In this document: piece by piece, positions 61,831 through 64,000 of the stretch
How the letters are laid out: every line of letters starts with the position of its first letter
Position numbering within the stretch: position 1 is the stretch's first letter
Source: Candidatus Parcubacteria bacterium
GTDB lineage: Bacteria > Patescibacteriota > Minisyncoccia > SURF-38
Direction of reading: 5' to 3'
NCBI GenBank assembly: GCA_003599335.1
Contig: QZJN01000003.1
Location: 4,654-68,653, forward strand
DNA: 64,000 nt
Program-made: the position numbers and the translations under genes
The notes under the pieces: model-generated
Database searches by the model: none
The model's input: the letters and a program-made list of their open reading frames with translations, nothing else
Told to the model about the DNA's origin: nothing

Positions 61831-62175
61831 ATGAGAAGTTGCATTTTTTGCAAAATAGTTAATAATGAGATACCAAGCGAGGCTATTTTTAACGATGAGC
61901 TTGTTAGGGTGATAAAGGACATTAATCCAAAAGCGCCCGTGCATTGGTTGGTGGTTACAAAAAAACATATTCCTTCCATAAAAGAAAGCACGAAATCAGA
62001 AGAAATTTTATTTGGGCATATAATTTCGGTTGCTAGGGATATTGCCAAAAAAGAAAAGCTTTTGGGTTACAAACTTGTTTTCAATGTTGGTAAAGAAGGG
62101 GGGCAGGTGATAGATCATCTCCATTTACATGTTTTAGGGGGTTGGTCTCAAACAACTAATCAAGTAAACGTATAA
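61831..62175 (+). CDS. HIT family (HINT-like) histidine triad protein
   Basis: HLHLHVLGG histidine-triad motif. Confidence 0.8.
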   Translation: MRSCIFCKIVNNEIPSEAIFNDELVRVIKDINPKAPVHWLVVTKKHIPSIKESTKSEEILFGHIISVARDIAKKEKLLGYKLVFNVGKEGGQVIDHLHLHVLGGWSQTTNQVNV

Positions 62176-62184
62176 ATTTAATCA

Positions 62185-62421
62185 ATGGCCATACAAGTTA
62201 CACGCAAAGAACACGAGAGTTTTCTTTCAATGCTAAGACGATTTAATCGTCGTGTTAAAGCTTCCAAGCATCTTTTGGAAGCGCGTTCAAGGAGATTCCA
62301 TTTATCCAAACCAACTAAACGTCAGCAGCGTCTTTCCGCCATTCATAAAGCGCAGATGAAAAAACAATACGAGAAATTAAAAAAACTCGGTAAGTTGCCT
62401 CAACCAAAAAAGAGGAGATAG
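62185..62421 (+). CDS. rpsU: 30S ribosomal protein S21
   Basis: Small basic protein MAIQVTRKEHESFLSMLRRFNRRV.. matching the bS21 pattern. Followed by yqeY as in many bacteria. Confidence 0.75.
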   Translation: MAIQVTRKEHESFLSMLRRFNRRVKASKHLLEARSRRFHLSKPTKRQQRLSAIHKAQMKKQYEKLKKLGKLPQPKKRR

Positions 62422-62432
62422 AAAATTATCGT

Positions 62433-62927
62433 ATGGGTCTTCAAGAAAAAATAAACGAAGATTTAAAAGAGGCTCAACGCTCGAAAGATGAGTTGCGCAC
62501 AACAACATTACGAATGTTGATTGGGGCATTTCACAATAAGGAAATAGAAAAAAGAACAAAAGCTTCCAGGGGTTCCAATAAAACTGCCGTTGAGTTGGAA
62601 AAAGAAAGCAGGCTCAACGAAGAAGAAATGATAAAAGTTGTTCAATCCGAGCTTAAGAAAAGAAAAGAAGCGATTGAGAGTTTTGAAAAAGGAGGGAGAG
62701 AGGATTTGGTTGCAAAAGAAAAAAAGGAGATGTCTGTCCTTGAAAAATACGTACCAGAACAGATTTCGGAAGAAAAGTTGAAAGCCGTAGTTTTGGAGGA
62801 GATAAAAGGAAGCGGGGCAAAATCGATTAAGGAGATGGGCGCGGTTATCAAAAGAGTTTCGGAAAGGGTTGGGGCGTCTGCCGAAGGCTCAAGGATTGCC
62901 GCTTTGGTCAAAAGTCTTCTTCAATGA
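62433..62927 (+). CDS. yqeY: GatB/YqeY domain-containing protein
   Basis: YqeY-like N-terminal and GatB C-terminal-like helical domain. Conserved rpsU-yqeY synteny. Confidence 0.7.
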   Translation: MGLQEKINEDLKEAQRSKDELRTTTLRMLIGAFHNKEIEKRTKASRGSNKTAVELEKESRLNEEEMIKVVQSELKKRKEAIESFEKGGREDLVAKEKKEMSVLEKYVPEQISEEKLKAVVLEEIKGSGAKSIKEMGAVIKRVSERVGASAEGSRIAALVKSLLQ

Positions 62928-63421
62928 CAAAGCTTGAGGTTGAGGTTCGTTATCTTTATGGCGGGCCGATAAAGTCAGCCAAGTTTTTTAACTCGGTGGC
63001 CGAAGCTTTAATTAAGGCCGAAGGGTTAAAAAGAATTAAGGTAAAGGGGATAGGGAGACTCTTAGTGAGTCTTGTTTTTGTTTCAAAAGAGCAATCCAGG
63101 ATTATCAATAAAGTTTGGAGGCATAAAAATAAGCCAGCAAAAGTGTTGTCTTTCAGTTTTTTTGAGAAAGCAATGAGAGGGATTAGCAGGATCAAGGAAT
63201 TTCACCTCGGTGAAATTTTCATAGCCATTCCAAAGACAAAAAAATCAAGCCTCTTTAAAAGCAAAGAGCTTGAACGCGAATTGACGCACTATTTTGTGCA
63301 CGCTATGCTACATTTATTGGGTTATGATCATGAGGGCACTGGTCGTTCGTTTGAGCGTGATGGTGTCACGATGGATAAATTAGAAAGAAAAATTTTGGGT
63401 AAATTTTTTAAAGAAAAATAA
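62924..63421 (+). CDS. ybeY: rRNA maturation endoribonuclease YbeY
   Basis: HAMLHLLGYDHE (H-x3-H-x5-H zinc motif). Confidence 0.85.
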   Translation: MTKLEVEVRYLYGGPIKSAKFFNSVAEALIKAEGLKRIKVKGIGRLLVSLVFVSKEQSRIINKVWRHKNKPAKVLSFSFFEKAMRGISRIKEFHLGEIFIAIPKTKKSSLFKSKELERELTHYFVHAMLHLLGYDHEGTGRSFERDGVTMDKLERKILGKFFKEK

Positions 63422-63432
63422 GTTTTATAAAA

Positions 63433-64000
63433 ATGGGAAAAGGTTCGTTGGTGGCCGGCGTTGATGTTGGCTCAAATAGCGTTAAAGCGGTTGTTGCTCG
63501 CAGGACTCCTCAAGGTCTTGAGGTGGTTGGCAGTTCCATTGTTTATTCTTCTGGAATGCGTCGGGGAATTGTCATTGATATCGAGGGTGTTGTTAAGAGC
63601 GTTCGACAAGCCTTGAGTGATCTTGAACGTTCGTGTCAGGTTAAGCTACAGAGAGTTAATATCTCAGTCAACGGAACGCATCTTGCTTTGAGACCAACGA
63701 GAGGAGTTGTTGCCGTTGCTTTAGCCGATGGGGAAATCACAAATGATGATGTTGTCCGTGTTATCGGAGCCGCCAAAACAATTTCTTTGCCTCCTAACCG
63801 AGAAGTTTTGCAAGTTGTGCCCAAAGAGTTTGTAATTGATGGTGAAGGAGGAATAAAAGAACCGGTTGGGATGCACGGCGTGAGGCTCGAGGTCAGCGCT
63901 TTTATAATTGATGGTTCAACCTCTTTCATAAAAAATTTAAGAAAATCCGTTGAAGCTGCAAATCTTTCTGTGAAAAGTTTGGTGGTTGCTCCGCTGGCTG
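63433..64000 (+). CDS. ftsA: Cell division protein FtsA (N-terminal part, runs off the right edge)
   Basis: MGKGSLVAGVDVGSNSVKAVVA.. actin-like ATPase N-terminus typical of FtsA. No stop before the window end, so absent from the ORF track. Confidence 0.8.
   Translation, partial: MGKGSLVAGVDVGSNSVKAVVARRTPQGLEVVGSSIVYSSGMRRGIVIDIEGVVKSVRQALSDLERSCQVKLQRVNISVNGTHLALRPTRGVVAVALADGEITNDDVVRVIGAAKTISLPPNREVLQVVPKEFVIDGEGGIKEPVGMHGVRLEVSAFIIDGSTSFIKNLRKSVEAANLSVKSLVVAPLA

Noticed and set aside
63636-63929. 97-aa minus ORF
   Set aside because: Antisense to the clearly recognisable ftsA N-terminal coding sequence.

Overview
This is a low-GC (about 38-42%) bacterial chromosomal segment read with the standard genetic code; TGA ends parB, recO and the ORF at 1224..1754. 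Gene content and compactness resemble a Patescibacteria/CPR-like reduced genome. It is dominated by translation and DNA-maintenance housekeeping: six aminoacyl-tRNA synthetases (argS, ileS, glyQS, metG, leuS, hisS), infC-rpmI-rplT, rpsU-yqeY-ybeY, pyrG, smpB plus tmRNA, tRNA-Leu(CAA), polX, endonuclease Q, recO, topA, dprA, a short mfd, rel, parB, pth, lepB, glyA-folD and the start of ftsA. The most notable observations are these.
- Two homologous small elements lie at the 3' ends of tmRNA and tRNA-Leu. Each ends in a 19-nt direct repeat of the host RNA 3' end, and they share an internal hairpin plus a 14-nt core (GAGTTGAATGCCGG). I read them as integrase-type insertion footprints or a non-autonomous element family; one carries a GC-rich membrane-protein gene.
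- ileS carries an inserted ~195-aa histidine-phosphatase (PGAM-like) domain.
- A higher-GC accessory block (about 37.3-46.4 kb) encodes two paralogous secreted HExxH proteins, a lipoprotein with two near-identical tandem Ig domains, a DUF1399-like Cys-tailed protein with a methyltransferase, and a 1114-aa multi-domain surface protein.
- An IVS-like inverted-repeat cassette between glyA and folD carries a four-helix-bundle (23S-IVS-type) gene with an in-frame TAA. The same inverted-repeat family also occurs as an empty hairpin after glyQS.
- A ~90-nt element is repeated at two gene 3' ends.
- There are several GC-rich orphan or structured segments.
No CRISPR array, integrase or transposase was seen.
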